Position numbers and translations under genes: made by a program. DNA of 64,000 bases, from contig OZ253496.1 of NCBI GenBank assembly GCA_965262115.1, positions 96,001 through 160,000 on the forward strand, read 5' to 3'. The notes beneath the pieces are model-generated. The model searched no databases, was not told where the DNA came from, and was given only the letters and a program-made list of their open reading frames with translations. Positions within the stretch are counted from its first letter, which is position 1. The number at the start of each line of letters is the position of its first letter. Below are positions 1 to 10,253 of this stretch, in pieces. The DNA is from Nitrospinales bacterium. Its GTDB lineage: Bacteria; Nitrospinota; Nitrospinia; Nitrospinales; VA-1.

Positions 1-226
1 GAAAACCATTACAAGTGACTAGTTCTAGATCCAGTCACAAAACTTGCAATAATGTTATGGTTGGAATGTCTCAATGAAGTATAGCATAAAAAAATTACTA
101 AGTCTCAAAGAATGACCTTAACATATTTTTGTGTGACTAACATACTTTAAAAATTAAATTAGGTATTAATAAAATATGCTTAGCAGAATACAAAATATAA
201 TAGTCTAGTGCTAATCAAGTCCTTAC

Positions 227-298
227 CCTCAAATAGAGGCAATGGCTACTGCTGTTGACTGTTATGGTAGTGTTGATCTCAACTATTGAATCTTTGCT
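227..298 (-). CDS. Spliceosomal exon (72 nt, phase 0-0): SKDSIVEINTTITVNSSSHCLYLR
   Basis: Minus strand reads tag|AGC...AGG|gtaagg. It is open and phase-compatible with the 895-1167 exon. Confidence 0.6.
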
Positions 299-894
299 CT
301 ACACCAAATATATCAAGAATTGTTAGTAATTCATACATATTACATACAAATATATACAAAATATTTAATACGCGTAGAGCTAATCGTGAAAATATGATAA
401 TTCTTACGATAGGCATGCATTATCTTTTGACACCCACGTGTCCCATTTGATTTACCATATCTAAACCAGTATAATGTTCCAATCTCTATTTTCAAAAATG
501 TGTCATAAGCTGTTTACAATCTATACTTTAACTTTGTCCTAAATATTTTGTTCTCAGAATATAAACAAATTTTGCATGCCTCAACCAAGTGTAATGTTGA
601 TCAAAATGCATGTCCAAAATAGTAGAACTCCACTGTATTGTGTCGTCCTCTGTCGATCCAAGCTGCAGTTGATTCAGTGCACATCCCATAGATGGTCAAA
701 TTGTCAACCTGCTTCAACCTGCCTCAACCCACTGTGATGTTGATCTAGTGTATGTCTCCATTGATCCTTTTCCCACCTATTTTAACCTGCGTCAAACCAA
801 TGTGATATTGATCTAGTATGTATCCCTAGAGAATTATCATCAACCCGTCTCAATTATTGCTACCGTTAGGAAAGAAGAAAAAAAATGTACATAC

Positions 895-1167
895 CAAGAA
901 ATGTTGGCCTTGAGTGATTTCACAATCCTTGCAGGTTTCATGAGATGTCAATAATATGAGCTCATACTCCCGAAACACTCCATATATATAATCTGGTGGC
1001 ATCAAGTTAACAACCAGATGTAACACCTCTGTCGTTCTGTTGAACTCCAGTTCGGAAACTGATATATTTTTGATGATGCTAGGAGGGAGAGGAGCAGCTG
1101 GTACAGTGCAGGATTCAGTGAGTGGAATATCTCTCCAGTAATAACTCTCGTTTTTATCTGATCTAAC
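895..1167 (-). CDS. Spliceosomal exon (273 nt, phase 0-0) encoding a possible fibronectin type III-like extracellular segment
   Basis: Minus strand reads tag|GTT...TTG|gtatgt, with 91 open codons (VRSDKNESYYW...PAAPLPPSIIKNISV...LVVNLMPPDYIYGVFREYELIL...HFL). The FN3 likeness is by eye only. Confidence 0.65.
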
Positions 1168-2106
1168 CTATATTGGGATTGTAATAAAAATATGCTAGAT
1201 TACAGACTGCTACATACACATAAGCTAGTATATGTCAGGAAGAATGAAATCAGACCTTGTACACAATTAATCTGTCCTATCTGATATCAAGTAAAGCAAC
1301 AAGTTAAAATTGGAAATACATCAAGTGAGGGTGTGCCCTGACTTTTTGGTCTCCATGCATGTAGCATATACATGTTACACCACAAAAATGAAATCCCATT
1401 AGTGCTAGCAAATGGAAAAGATTTCTGCCTTGCACGCTAAACGTGTAATGACTCATCTACAAAAAGTGCATTTTGCATATATAAAACATTTTTCTTTTCT
1501 GTATACTACAATAATCTTAGCGAGTTTAACATTCATTTGTTGTGCTCAATCATTCATTCTGTTTATATCTTCTCTATGCAGGAAGGCAAATATATCATCT
1601 CTATCAGGTCATTCTCCTCTCGTGTAGATTGTATGTTCACTACATTGGCCTAAAGTTTGGCTATTCCACAATCTTTTATATCTTCTCTGAGTCTTCTCCA
1701 TTGGTGTCATTCTCTTGAGTAACTTTTGAGTTCACTGGATTGGCTGGAGTGTCACAGTCTTAGAGACAAAGAAGCTCTCCAGCTTTGGACCTATCCACCT
1801 TCTGTGAAGGATTGCATCAAACCGTTGATGCCTACCATTCTTTTTGTGCTCTGTTAGTTGTAGAGTCAAAACAACTGCAACAATCTTTTCCTTTTGAAGG
1901 TGCATTTACTAAACAATAGTATTTGTTGAGCATTTATTACCATATGTGCATAATTACTGTATGGGGATGTTTTGTATTAGTGTTCTCCATTCATATTGTA
2001 TGCACTATATATCCATTTTTAATAGCTTTATCTACATTACATCTATTCAGTCTTTTTTGGTATTAAAACTGGAAGCATAGCCCCAGGAAGGTTAAAGTGC
2101 ACCTAA

Positions 2107-2168
2107 TTTTGAAGATCACCTAGAATCAATTCCTTTTGAAGATCACCTGGAATCAATTCCTATTGAAG
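2107..2168. repeat. 27-bp tandem repeat (2 copies plus a partial)
   Basis: ttttgaagatcacct(a/g)gaatcaattcc at 2107 and 2134, then tattgaag. Confidence 0.8.
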
Positions 2169-2749
2169 TATATAGTCCTGAATAGCAATAGTTTGCTGTT
2201 GCTCTAAGGTTTGAAGAATGGATATGATGCTCGGTTATATGCCATATTGTAAACCAGCCTCAATTTGAAAACGCCACTAATGATGAGTGAAATTTGATAA
2301 GGGGAGGCTAATTTTGATGGAGAAATAATACAATTTTACAAATCATTAGCAACTTTGTGTTAAACCTTTACACCAAACCACACTACACTTTACAGCTGTT
2401 TAGACCCATTGAGTTCACTGTTTAACCAATTACACACTGACAATTTGTGGTTTATATTTAAAACTATTACTTTTTTCAGGAATAAACCTTTCACTCTTTA
2501 TAAGAATATAAATACAATAATATACAATTTGGTATGAATTAGCTCCATTGAGGTAAGGAAACAAAAGCTATGAATCTCTATGACTCTCTATGTCTACAAC
2601 AAATTTTACAGCAAAGAAATCCATCCAGGAGTGACTCCTTTCTCAAGAACGGAAGGATTTAAAGTATTTTCCAGTAAGCATTAGTGCTGTGCAGACTTTC
2701 CAAGCCAAAGAGCTTCCAGAAACTGCTGTTAGGGCCTGGCAGATATGCT

Positions 2750-3112
2750 TCATATTTGAGTTGTGAACAGATCATTGAAGGTCTCTCCCCGGTGTTCTCC
2801 AACCGCGATGATCAAAACAATATTTTCACCGATCTCAATGGGGCCGATCCGATGAATGATGCTCATGTCGATGATTCCGAAATCCTTGATGGACTTTTCC
2901 CGAATCTCTTCCAGCTTTTTTTCCGCCATCTTCGGGTAATGCTCGAAATTAAGCTGGGTGATATTTTGACCTTTTGAAAGCTCTCTTCCTGTTCCCAGAA
3001 AGGTGGTGATGCCGCCGATATTGCGTGAAACTTTTTTCATGGCTTCGATTTCATCGGTGACCGAGAAATCTTCTAACTGGATACGTATTTTTGAGTCGGT
3101 AGTGGTGCTCAT
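2750..3112 (-). pseudogene. moaE: Molybdopterin synthase catalytic subunit, 3'-truncated at the eukaryote/bacterium junction
   Basis: MoaE motifs (GGITTFLG, EHYPKMAEK, IHRIG...HRGETF) are present. The C-terminal region is missing and replaced by DLFTTQI* from AT-rich DNA. Confidence 0.85.
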
Positions 3113-3127
3113 GATGTTGTCCTTCGT

Positions 3128-3382
3128 CTATTTAGTTCCGCCTGAGAATGGGGGAAGAAATGCCACTTCGTCTCCATCATGAATGATGGTGTCGGCAGAG
3201 GCCATTTCCTGATTGACCGAGATCATGACTTTTCTCTCCCGGATAATCGCTCCCATTTTCGGCGCTGTTTCAGAAATGATATCACTCAACTGGTCTATGG
3301 TTATTGGGTTTTCAATTTCCAAACTGTCTTCGTCTTTTTCGGCAATGGATTTCAGACTGGCAAAATATTTAAGGGAGATCAT
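3128..3382 (-). CDS. moaD: Molybdopterin synthase sulfur-carrier subunit
   Basis: YFASL...VN...[13 protein letters not shown] near the C-terminus (followed by TK); lies between moaC and moaE. Confidence 0.93.
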   Translation of the reverse strand: MISLKYFASLKSIAEKDEDSLEIENPITIDQLSDIISETAPKMGAIIRERKVMISVNQEMASADTIIHDGDEVAFLPPFSGGTK

Positions 3383-3888
3383 TTTTCCACTGTTTCTTTA
3401 TCGAAGGTTCCTGATTTGCCGCCGGATTTGTGAACCAATCCGATCTGGTTGAAAACCATTCCGCGGTCAACAGCTTTGCACATATCATAAATGGTGAGCA
3501 CTGTCATGGAAACTGCTGTCAGCGCTTCCATTTCCACACCGGTTTGCCCGGTCACTTTAACCGTGGCGGTCACGGTGATGGAACATAACCCTGTTTCTGG
3601 ATTCGGGTCATGGTTCACCTGAAAACTGATGTCCACACTGGTTAGCAGCAGAGGGTGACACATGGGAATGACCTCATGCGTTCGTTTGGCTCCCATGATA
3701 CCCGCGACTTGTGCTACTGCCAGCACATCGCCTTTCTTGATCTGCCCCTCTTTAATCAGCTGTAGGGTTGCCGGTTGCATATGCACTTCTCCGGCGGCCA
3801 CCGCTTTTCGGGAAGTATGGGTTTTATCGGATACATCGACCATGCGAGCACGGCCTTCCTCATTAAAATGCGTCAATGGATTTTTCAT
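3379..3888 (-). CDS. moaC: Cyclic pyranopterin monophosphate synthase
   Basis: LTHF...[38 protein letters not shown] motifs. The start is set at MKNPLTHF. Confidence 0.96.
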   Translation of the reverse strand: MKNPLTHFNEEGRARMVDVSDKTHTSRKAVAAGEVHMQPATLQLIKEGQIKKGDVLAVAQVAGIMGAKRTHEVIPMCHPLLLTSVDISFQVNHDPNPETGLCSITVTATVKVTGQTGVEMEALTAVSMTVLTIYDMCKAVDRGMVFNQIGLVHKSGGKSGTFDKETVEK

Positions 3889-4038
3889 ACTGCCAAGGTC
3901 ATTCATGCACGGGTCTGCCAAATTTGAAAATGCGTCAATGGATTTTTCATATTGCCAAGGTCATTCATGCACGGGTCTGCCAAATTTGAAAATGCGTCAA
4001 TGGATTTTTCATATTGCCAAGGTCATTCATGCACGGGT
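3865..4038. repeat. 62-bp tandem repeat (~2.8 copies) spanning the moaC start codon
   Basis: Units start at 3865, 3927 and 3989 (aaaatgcgtcaatggatttttcat...cacgggt). Confidence 0.92.
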
Positions 4039-4134
4039 TTTCCTGTTATAAATATACGTCAAGGGATTGATTATTCAATAAGGCCAATTGTACATCATCA
4101 ATGGCATACGCTCAATGGGATTCCTGTTACTCAG

Positions 4135-4260
4135 GAGACCTTTGCATAAGTCGTGAAAACGAAAAAGCGAGATGCTTCGAGGGCCTCAGCATGACGACTG
4201 CGGGGGCTTCGGGCTGTCATCCTGAGCTTGTCGAAGGATCTCTGGGTATGCAAAGGTCTC
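4135..4260. mobile_element. 126-bp MITE with IS5/IS1106-like terminal inverted repeats and a 9-bp target-site duplication
   Basis: TIRs GAGACCTTTGCATA and TATGCAAAGGTCTC; GTTACTCAG at 4126-4134 and 4261-4269; internal imperfect inverted repeat. Confidence 0.9.
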
Positions 4261-4261
4261 G

Positions 4262-4603
4262 TTACTCAGGGGGTTCATAGAGGCCCAGGATATTTCCGTC
4301 GGGGTCCTGAAACCGGGCTAGTTTTCCGTAGGAATGGATTTCTATGTTTCCGTCCAGAGTGGCATCCAACTCTTTCAATCGGAATACAAAACCTTCAATC
4401 GGCCGCGCAAGAAAATACACCGTGGCGCCAACTCCAATCCGGTGGTCGGACTTCTGCAAAGCCAATCTTTGTCCATCCAGGTCAAATTCTGCCCAGTCTT
4501 CCCGATGAAACAGGGGTTCTTTTCCCAGCACCTTCTGGTAGAATTTCACCGCCCTGTCTAAATCTGATACCGGGTAGGAAATAAACGTGATTTTTGTCTG
4601 CAT
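4262..4603 (-). CDS. VOC/glyoxalase family protein
   Basis: VSDLDRAVKFYQKVLG and FQDPDGNILGL motifs. Confidence 0.88.
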   Translation of the reverse strand: MQTKITFISYPVSDLDRAVKFYQKVLGKEPLFHREDWAEFDLDGQRLALQKSDHRIGVGATVYFLARPIEGFVFRLKELDATLDGNIEIHSYGKLARFQDPDGNILGLYEPPE

Positions 4604-4648
4604 GTCGGGAATCCCGCTTATATAATGATACGATTCGGAGCTTAACGC

Positions 4649-5545
4649 TTGTCACTGTTTAATATTGGACTGGTTCTATTATCTAGTCTTTTGCATTCTG
4701 TCTGGAATATATTGACCCAGACCAGTAAAAATTCCCAGTACTTTTCTGGTTTAAAAGGGGCTTGCATCATAGTCATGGCCGGGATTGCTTACGCCATGTT
4801 TGGAATGGCCCCATTGAACAATGAGATTTGGGTCTGGGGCATCCTTTCAGGAGTTTTGCATGGGGTCTATATACTTTGCCTTTCCCGGGCCTATTCGACG
4901 GCGGATATTTCCTATGTCTATCCTATCGCCCGGTCGGCACCGGTATTCGTACCGATTTTTGCCTGGTTGCTGCTCAATGAGCGGCTGAGTATTTCCACCT
5001 TTCTTGCTATTGGGTTTATCCTGACAGCTATTTATATTCTGCATTTTGAAGGCCACCTGATACGAGGATTCAAAAACCTGGCGCAGGCTCTTCGCCATCA
5101 GGATTTACGTTGGGCTTTTTACACTTTGGCGATGGTGGTCAGCTACAGCCTGGTGGACAAAAAGGGAATGGATTCCTTTTTGAGTCATTTGCCGGACCAG
5201 CCTTTCGCCAATGGCATCACATTTTTTTTCATTGAGGCGACCATAGGCTTTGCGCTCTGTAATGTCTATATTTTTTCCAGACACCCGGCAAAATATATTT
5301 TGCAATCTTGGAAAGGGGAATGGCAAAAAGCCTTGCTTGCAGGGATTGCTACTCTAGGTTCTTATGGACTGATCTGTGTGGTGCTTCAGTTCGAAGCCTT
5401 GAGCGCGGTTGTCTCCCTTCGACAGGTCAGCGTATTGATGGTGGTCTACTGGGGATGTTGGAAACTTGGCGAGCCGTTTGGCCGACAACGTCTCTTGGCG
5501 GGAAGACTGATTGCGATTGGCATATTCCTCATTGGCACCCCTTAG
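4649..5545 (+). CDS. EamA/DMT family transporter
   Basis: Multi-TM protein with AYSTADISYVYPIARSAP, LLNERLS and KLGEP motifs. Confidence 0.88.
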   Translation: MSLFNIGLVLLSSLLHSVWNILTQTSKNSQYFSGLKGACIIVMAGIAYAMFGMAPLNNEIWVWGILSGVLHGVYILCLSRAYSTADISYVYPIARSAPVFVPIFAWLLLNERLSISTFLAIGFILTAIYILHFEGHLIRGFKNLAQALRHQDLRWAFYTLAMVVSYSLVDKKGMDSFLSHLPDQPFANGITFFFIEATIGFALCNVYIFSRHPAKYILQSWKGEWQKALLAGIATLGSYGLICVVLQFEALSAVVSLRQVSVLMVVYWGCWKLGEPFGRQRLLAGRLIAIGIFLIGTP

Positions 5546-5552
5546 CAGGGGG

Positions 5553-5605
5553 AGGCAGATAGCAAAAACTTGTTAAGCCAAGACAACTCTTTGCTTGCCA
5601 GAGAC
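5553..5605. repeat. Dispersed intergenic repeat (tagcaaa..cttgttaagccgagacaac family)
   Basis: Related copies at ~26272-26357 (interrupted by a 39-bp element) and at ~32205-32248 (reverse complement). Confidence 0.7.
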
Positions 5606-5858
5606 AGTTGTTGCCTATTGGGTCCAGCGTCACGCTGGTGGCCTTGTGCCAAGCGGTTTATTAAAAAAATTTAACCCCATTTGTTGTTAAGACCCCGATA
5701 TAATAAACCACTAGCGGTGGCCGGGCCACGCCTGGTGGGAACTGGCAATACTTCCTTGAGCCGAGAAACGGTTTAAGCGTTGCAAAGTGTTAATTTTTAT
5801 TGAGACCAGCGTCACGCTGGCCTGCGGAGGTCCTCCGCTAAGAAATTGGAGGTTGGTT

Positions 5859-8666
5859 GTGAATCGGATTCCAAAATTTCTAAAAACCGGGTTGCTTCTG
5901 GTTTTATGGGTTGTATTTTTAATTTCTTCCGTCGAAGCTGTTAAGGGAGATAAGCGAAAAACCCAGACGCTCTCACTGGAAAACGGACTGGATGTTCTTC
6001 TGGTCTCCGATCCGGATGTGCATCGTAGTGCCGCCGCTTTATCAGTCGGCACCGGTTATTTGTATGACCCCAAAGGCAAAGCTGGACTGGCCCATTATCT
6101 TGAGCATATGTTGTTTCTGGGTACAAAAAGATATCCGGAAGTGGGGTCCTATAAAAAATTCCTGGACTCGCATTCAGGAGGGGCCAATGCCTACACCGGG
6201 GGAAACATCACCAACTATTTTTTTCAAGTGTCGCAGGATGGGTTCAATAAAGCCCTCGATCGCTTCAGTGATTTTTTTAAGGCTCCTTTGTTCGATAAAA
6301 CCTATGCGGAGAGGGAAGTCAAAGCGGTTAACAACGAACACGAAAAAAACAAGCTCAACGATGGGTGGCGTGGAAATTATGTTGCCGGACTGATATCCGA
6401 GCCGGGGCATCCTATTGCCAATTTTGGAACCGGCAATCAGAAAACCCTGTCGGGCGACAACCGCCCTGCATTATTGGAATTTTATAAGCGTTATTATGCG
6501 GCTTCCAATATGAAGCTGGCCCTTATTTCGAGCATGCCGATGGAAATTCTTTCCGGTGTGGCGCAGAAATATTTTTCAGGCATCCCCAATCGGCCCGTTA
6601 AGGTTCCGAAGTTGTCTCCCGAATTCAGGAAGCCGCTCAAGGGGCAGTATCGCTTGCTGACCATAAAAACCATCAAGGATGTTCGCTCATTGGAAATTGA
6701 TTTTCCCACTATCCGCCTTAAAAACCATCAGGCCAGTAAACCCGCCTCCATCGTCGGTGCTGTGTTGGGCTATGAGGGCAAAGGTTCTCTGCTCTCCAGG
6801 TTAAAAGAAGAGGGGCTGGTTTTGAGCCTCAGCGCGGGTGGGGGAAGCAGTCACCCGGATATCAATTCGTTCGGCATCAATATTTCCCTGACTGAAAAAG
6901 GACTGAAAGATTATGAGCGGATTCTTGAATTGATTTTTGCCTACATTGATATGGTGCGCGAACAGGGGTTTGAGGAATACACTTTCAAGGAAACTCAGGC
7001 TATGGCCCAAATCAACTTTGATTGGAAAAATCCGAATGAGGGTATGGGATTCGTTGCAGGTAAAGCCGCACTGATGCAGGATTACAAATTGAAAGATATA
7101 GAAACTTTGCCTTTCCTTTTTACCGAATACGAGCCTTCTGCCTATAAGGCAGTCTTGAATACATTGGTTCCTGAAAACGCGATGGTGGTCTTGAGTCACA
7201 ATTCAGCGGGAACCGATAGCAAAGCGCCGTATTACGATGCCGAATATGCCCTCAAAAAAATAGGTGGAAAGGCTTTTAGTAAATTATCCAGCCCTGGGAA
7301 GCTGGACGGTGTTTTTTATCCTGAAAAAAATGATTTCATTCCTTACAACTTGAATCTTGTGGAGGAATATCCTCATCTGGTGCAGGATGATGACCGGGCA
7401 AAAGTCTGGTTTAAATATGACCATCGTTTCAAACAACCCAAAATTGCTTTGACGTTCAGAATCGAAACCGCAAAAGTTTATCGCAGTGCTAAAAATTTGG
7501 AACTGGCTAAACTTTATGAGGCCATGATGCAGGAAGGCTTGAATGAACTGGTTTATCCTATTCAAATGGCGGGATTATCCTATGGCCTGTCTATTCAAAA
7601 GAAAGGAGTGCTTCTCAATCTTGGCGGTTATTCAGAGCGGATTGGTGATTTGATCAAGCTGGTGACTGAAAACTTGAAGGAAGTGAAAGTGGATGAACAG
7701 AAATTCGCAAATATCAAGGAGGCGATGATACGCGGATTGAAAAACAGCAAGCTCGGCCAGGCCTATTCGCGGGGAGGTTATTACAACTGGTTGATGCTTC
7801 TCAAGGATCAATACACCGAGGAGGAAAAACTTGCGGCCCTGACTCCTATCACTTTGAGTGATGTCAAGACTTACGCCAAAACCCTTTACGAGAAAGTATA
7901 TATCACCGGAATGATTCATGGGAATTGGTCGGATGATGAAGCGCGGCAAAGCGTGGACATTCTGCTATCCGCTTTGGGGAGCCAGCCGCTACCCGAAAAC
8001 GAACGCTTCGAGCAGGTGGTGGAAGTCATGCCACAGGGGGAACGGTTCCAGTTTAGTCAGGAGGTGGCGGATAATAATAATTCCCTGGCCTACGCCATTC
8101 AGGTGGGAGAGAAAAATTTCCCCCTCTTGGCCAAGAGTTCACTGATCGCTTCTGTTGTAGAAAGCGATTTTTATACGCAGATGCGTACCAACCAGCAACT
8201 GGGATATATCGTGTGGAGTTTTCATCAGCGCATAGAAGATCGAATCTTTTTCCGGCTGGTGATCCAGTCTTCCACCCACGGCCCTTTTGAAATGAGCAAG
8301 CGGGTCAACAGCTGGCTGGCGAGCACCGAAAAACTATTCTATAATTTGACCGACCAGGAATTTCAGCGGCATCAACAAAGCCTGATCGTCGCGTTGGAAA
8401 AGGAAGGCGACAGCATCGGCGCGGTGGCGGGAGACCTTTACTCTCTTGCGACAGATGAAAAAGAAGACTTCCGGTTTAAAAAGAAATTGATTCAAGCGAT
8501 TCGGGACCTCAAAAAATCAGAGGTTGCCCAAACGGCGGACAAAATTTTCCGAGACCCAGGCACTTCCCGGCTTGAGGTATTAATGAGGGCCAAGGGAAGC
8601 CAGGAAAAAGTTCCTGACGGAGTTCTTGCGGAAGTCGGTCAGTTTAAAAAACAGTTGGGCCGATAG
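5859..8666 (+). CDS. Insulinase/pitrilysin family (M16A) metallopeptidase, probably exported
   Basis: Inverted Zn motif HYLEH in GLAHYLEHMLFLGT, NAYT, MRTNQQLGY; hydrophobic N-terminus; GTG start after GGAGG. Confidence 0.92.
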   Translation: MNRIPKFLKTGLLLVLWVVFLISSVEAVKGDKRKTQTLSLENGLDVLLVSDPDVHRSAAALSVGTGYLYDPKGKAGLAHYLEHMLFLGTKRYPEVGSYKKFLDSHSGGANAYTGGNITNYFFQVSQDGFNKALDRFSDFFKAPLFDKTYAEREVKAVNNEHEKNKLNDGWRGNYVAGLISEPGHPIANFGTGNQKTLSGDNRPALLEFYKRYYAASNMKLALISSMPMEILSGVAQKYFSGIPNRPVKVPKLSPEFRKPLKGQYRLLTIKTIKDVRSLEIDFPTIRLKNHQASKPASIVGAVLGYEGKGSLLSRLKEEGLVLSLSAGGGSSHPDINSFGINISLTEKGLKDYERILELIFAYIDMVREQGFEEYTFKETQAMAQINFDWKNPNEGMGFVAGKAALMQDYKLKDIETLPFLFTEYEPSAYKAVLNTLVPENAMVVLSHNSAGTDSKAPYYDAEYALKKIGGKAFSKLSSPGKLDGVFYPEKNDFIPYNLNLVEEYPHLVQDDDRAKVWFKYDHRFKQPKIALTFRIETAKVYRSAKNLELAKLYEAMMQEGLNELVYPIQMAGLSYGLSIQKKGVLLNLGGYSERIGDLIKLVTENLKEVKVDEQKFANIKEAMIRGLKNSKLGQAYSRGGYYNWLMLLKDQYTEEEKLAALTPITLSDVKTYAKTLYEKVYITGMIHGNWSDDEARQSVDILLSALGSQPLPENERFEQVVEVMPQGERFQFSQEVADNNNSLAYAIQVGEKNFPLLAKSSLIASVVESDFYTQMRTNQQLGYIVWSFHQRIEDRIFFRLVIQSSTHGPFEMSKRVNSWLASTEKLFYNLTDQEFQRHQQSLIVALEKEGDSIGAVAGDLYSLATDEKEDFRFKKKLIQAIRDLKKSEVAQTADKIFRDPGTSRLEVLMRAKGSQEKVPDGVLAEVGQFKKQLGR

Positions 8667-8685
8667 AGTGTGATATTTTTCCTAT

Positions 8686-10230
8686 ATGAACTTCGTGGCG
8701 ATTTTAAAAAGAGGGACCAACCTTCTCAAGCTGGGGCTTGCCACAAGAAAGTTGCGCAAGTCCACATCGGAAGACCAGCGTTATTGGGCTCAGCACTACC
8801 TGATTGAACTGCTGGGTCAGTCAAGAGGACTGCCCGCCAAGATCGGCCAGTTCATCACCATGGATGCAGACGATCAGGCCCTGCGCGAATCTCTCAACAA
8901 TTCTATGGAGCCTCTTCCTTTTGAGGAGGTCGCGGAACTGATCCATAACGCCTACGGCAAACCCTGGGACACAGTTTTTAAGAAGCTGGAAAAATCCTGC
9001 AAGACCGCATCGCTGGGGCAGGTGCATTTTGGCAAGCTTAAGGATGGCACGGAAGTGGCGGTGAAGGTGCAGTATCCCGGAATCGCAACAACAGTGGAAG
9101 CAGAGATGAACCTCATGGGTTGGTTGCCCAAGGTCGGGCCTGTGGCTAAGTGGGGATTCAAGATGGATGGCTACCGCGATGCTTTCTGGCATAATTTCAG
9201 CGAAGAGTTGGACTATCGCATCGAAGCCGGGCATCAGGAAAACTATCGTCAGAAAATCCCCCCGCTGGAACGCATTGTCGTCCCCGAAGTCATCAGCGAT
9301 TTGACACAGCCCACCGTACTGGTGCAGAAAAGGGAAGAAGGGTTCGGCCTCGATAAAGCCGAAACCATGATGCCCGAGCAGAAACAGGCTATGGGCCGGT
9401 TATTGCTCCAGCATTATTTTCACATGTTGTTTCGGCACGGGTTTGTCCATGCCGATCCGCAACCGGCGAACTTTGCCTTCCGGCAATATAAAAAAGATTA
9501 TTTTGTGTTGGTGATTTACGATTTTGGCAGTGTTCTGGAAATTTCGGATGATGTTCGGCTAGCGCTTTTAAGAATCATCCTGGCGCTTCGCGACAGGGAG
9601 CATCTGGACCCGGTGACCTGTCTTGCGGCCCTGGGTTTCGATCCGGAAAAATTAAAAGACCTGCGCCTGACTCTACCCGCCTTGATGTCCGTTTTGTTCG
9701 AGCCTTTCTTGATAGAAGCTCCCTACCATGTTAAAGACTGGCGAATGAGTGAACGGTTTGACCAGATCGTTGGCGACATGAAATGGTGGTTCCGTTCTTC
9801 CGCGCCTCCTCAACTGATATTCCTGATGCGGACCTTGCACGGCTTGACCACCATGTTGAGACGGTTGGACGTCCCATTACCCTGGCAGTTCACAATGGAC
9901 AAAATCCTGTCCGACATTTATCCTCAAGCACGGGCTTTGACCTTGCCGCAATTGGAAGGCGACTCCCAAAGTCCGGCGTTCGACTCCATGGCCCACTACC
10001 TCAAGGTTCATGTGGTGAAGTCCAACGGCAATAAAATCAGCCTCACCATGCCGGCCCGGTGCGCCGATGATATCGAAGGGGTGATGGATGAGTCGGTGAA
10101 AGAATCAATCAAAAAACAAAACATCGACTTGGAAGCCATTCAGGATAAAGCCCGGAAATCCGGTTTTGTCCCGCAAGTTCTGTTTGAACTCCACGACGAA
10201 GAACGTGATATGAAAGTCTGGCTCGAATAG
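8686..10230 (+). CDS. ABC1/UbiB/AarF family atypical kinase
   Basis: KIGQ, ASLGQVH, VAVKVQYPG, EELDY, HADPQPAN and DFG motifs. Confidence 0.92.
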   Translation: MNFVAILKRGTNLLKLGLATRKLRKSTSEDQRYWAQHYLIELLGQSRGLPAKIGQFITMDADDQALRESLNNSMEPLPFEEVAELIHNAYGKPWDTVFKKLEKSCKTASLGQVHFGKLKDGTEVAVKVQYPGIATTVEAEMNLMGWLPKVGPVAKWGFKMDGYRDAFWHNFSEELDYRIEAGHQENYRQKIPPLERIVVPEVISDLTQPTVLVQKREEGFGLDKAETMMPEQKQAMGRLLLQHYFHMLFRHGFVHADPQPANFAFRQYKKDYFVLVIYDFGSVLEISDDVRLALLRIILALRDREHLDPVTCLAALGFDPEKLKDLRLTLPALMSVLFEPFLIEAPYHVKDWRMSERFDQIVGDMKWWFRSSAPPQLIFLMRTLHGLTTMLRRLDVPLPWQFTMDKILSDIYPQARALTLPQLEGDSQSPAFDSMAHYLKVHVVKSNGNKISLTMPARCADDIEGVMDESVKESIKKQNIDLEAIQDKARKSGFVPQVLFELHDEERDMKVWLE

Positions 10231-10253
10231 CCGGCCAGCGGTCGGTGGCAATG

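Larger units (their letters stand above)
1..2769. other. AT-rich eukaryote-like (intron/exon) DNA, probably animal host sequence, joined to bacterial DNA
   Basis: Much more AT-rich than the rest, with no long ORFs and many poly-A/T and TA runs. Contains two open exons with canonical AG/GT ends. Ends where moaE similarity breaks off. Confidence 0.8.

Noticed and set aside
1412..1627. 71-aa ORF in the AT-rich region
   Set aside because: Low complexity, no RBS or motif; probably chance.
1640..1880. Further minus-strand exon
   Set aside because: The frames I tested from the candidate acceptor hit stops, so the boundaries are unsupported.
2684..2977. ORF spanning the junction
   Set aside because: Antisense shadow of moaE crossing the breakpoint.
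3865..4038. Possible CRISPR array
   Set aside because: Head-to-tail identical units with no unique spacers, overlapping moaC.
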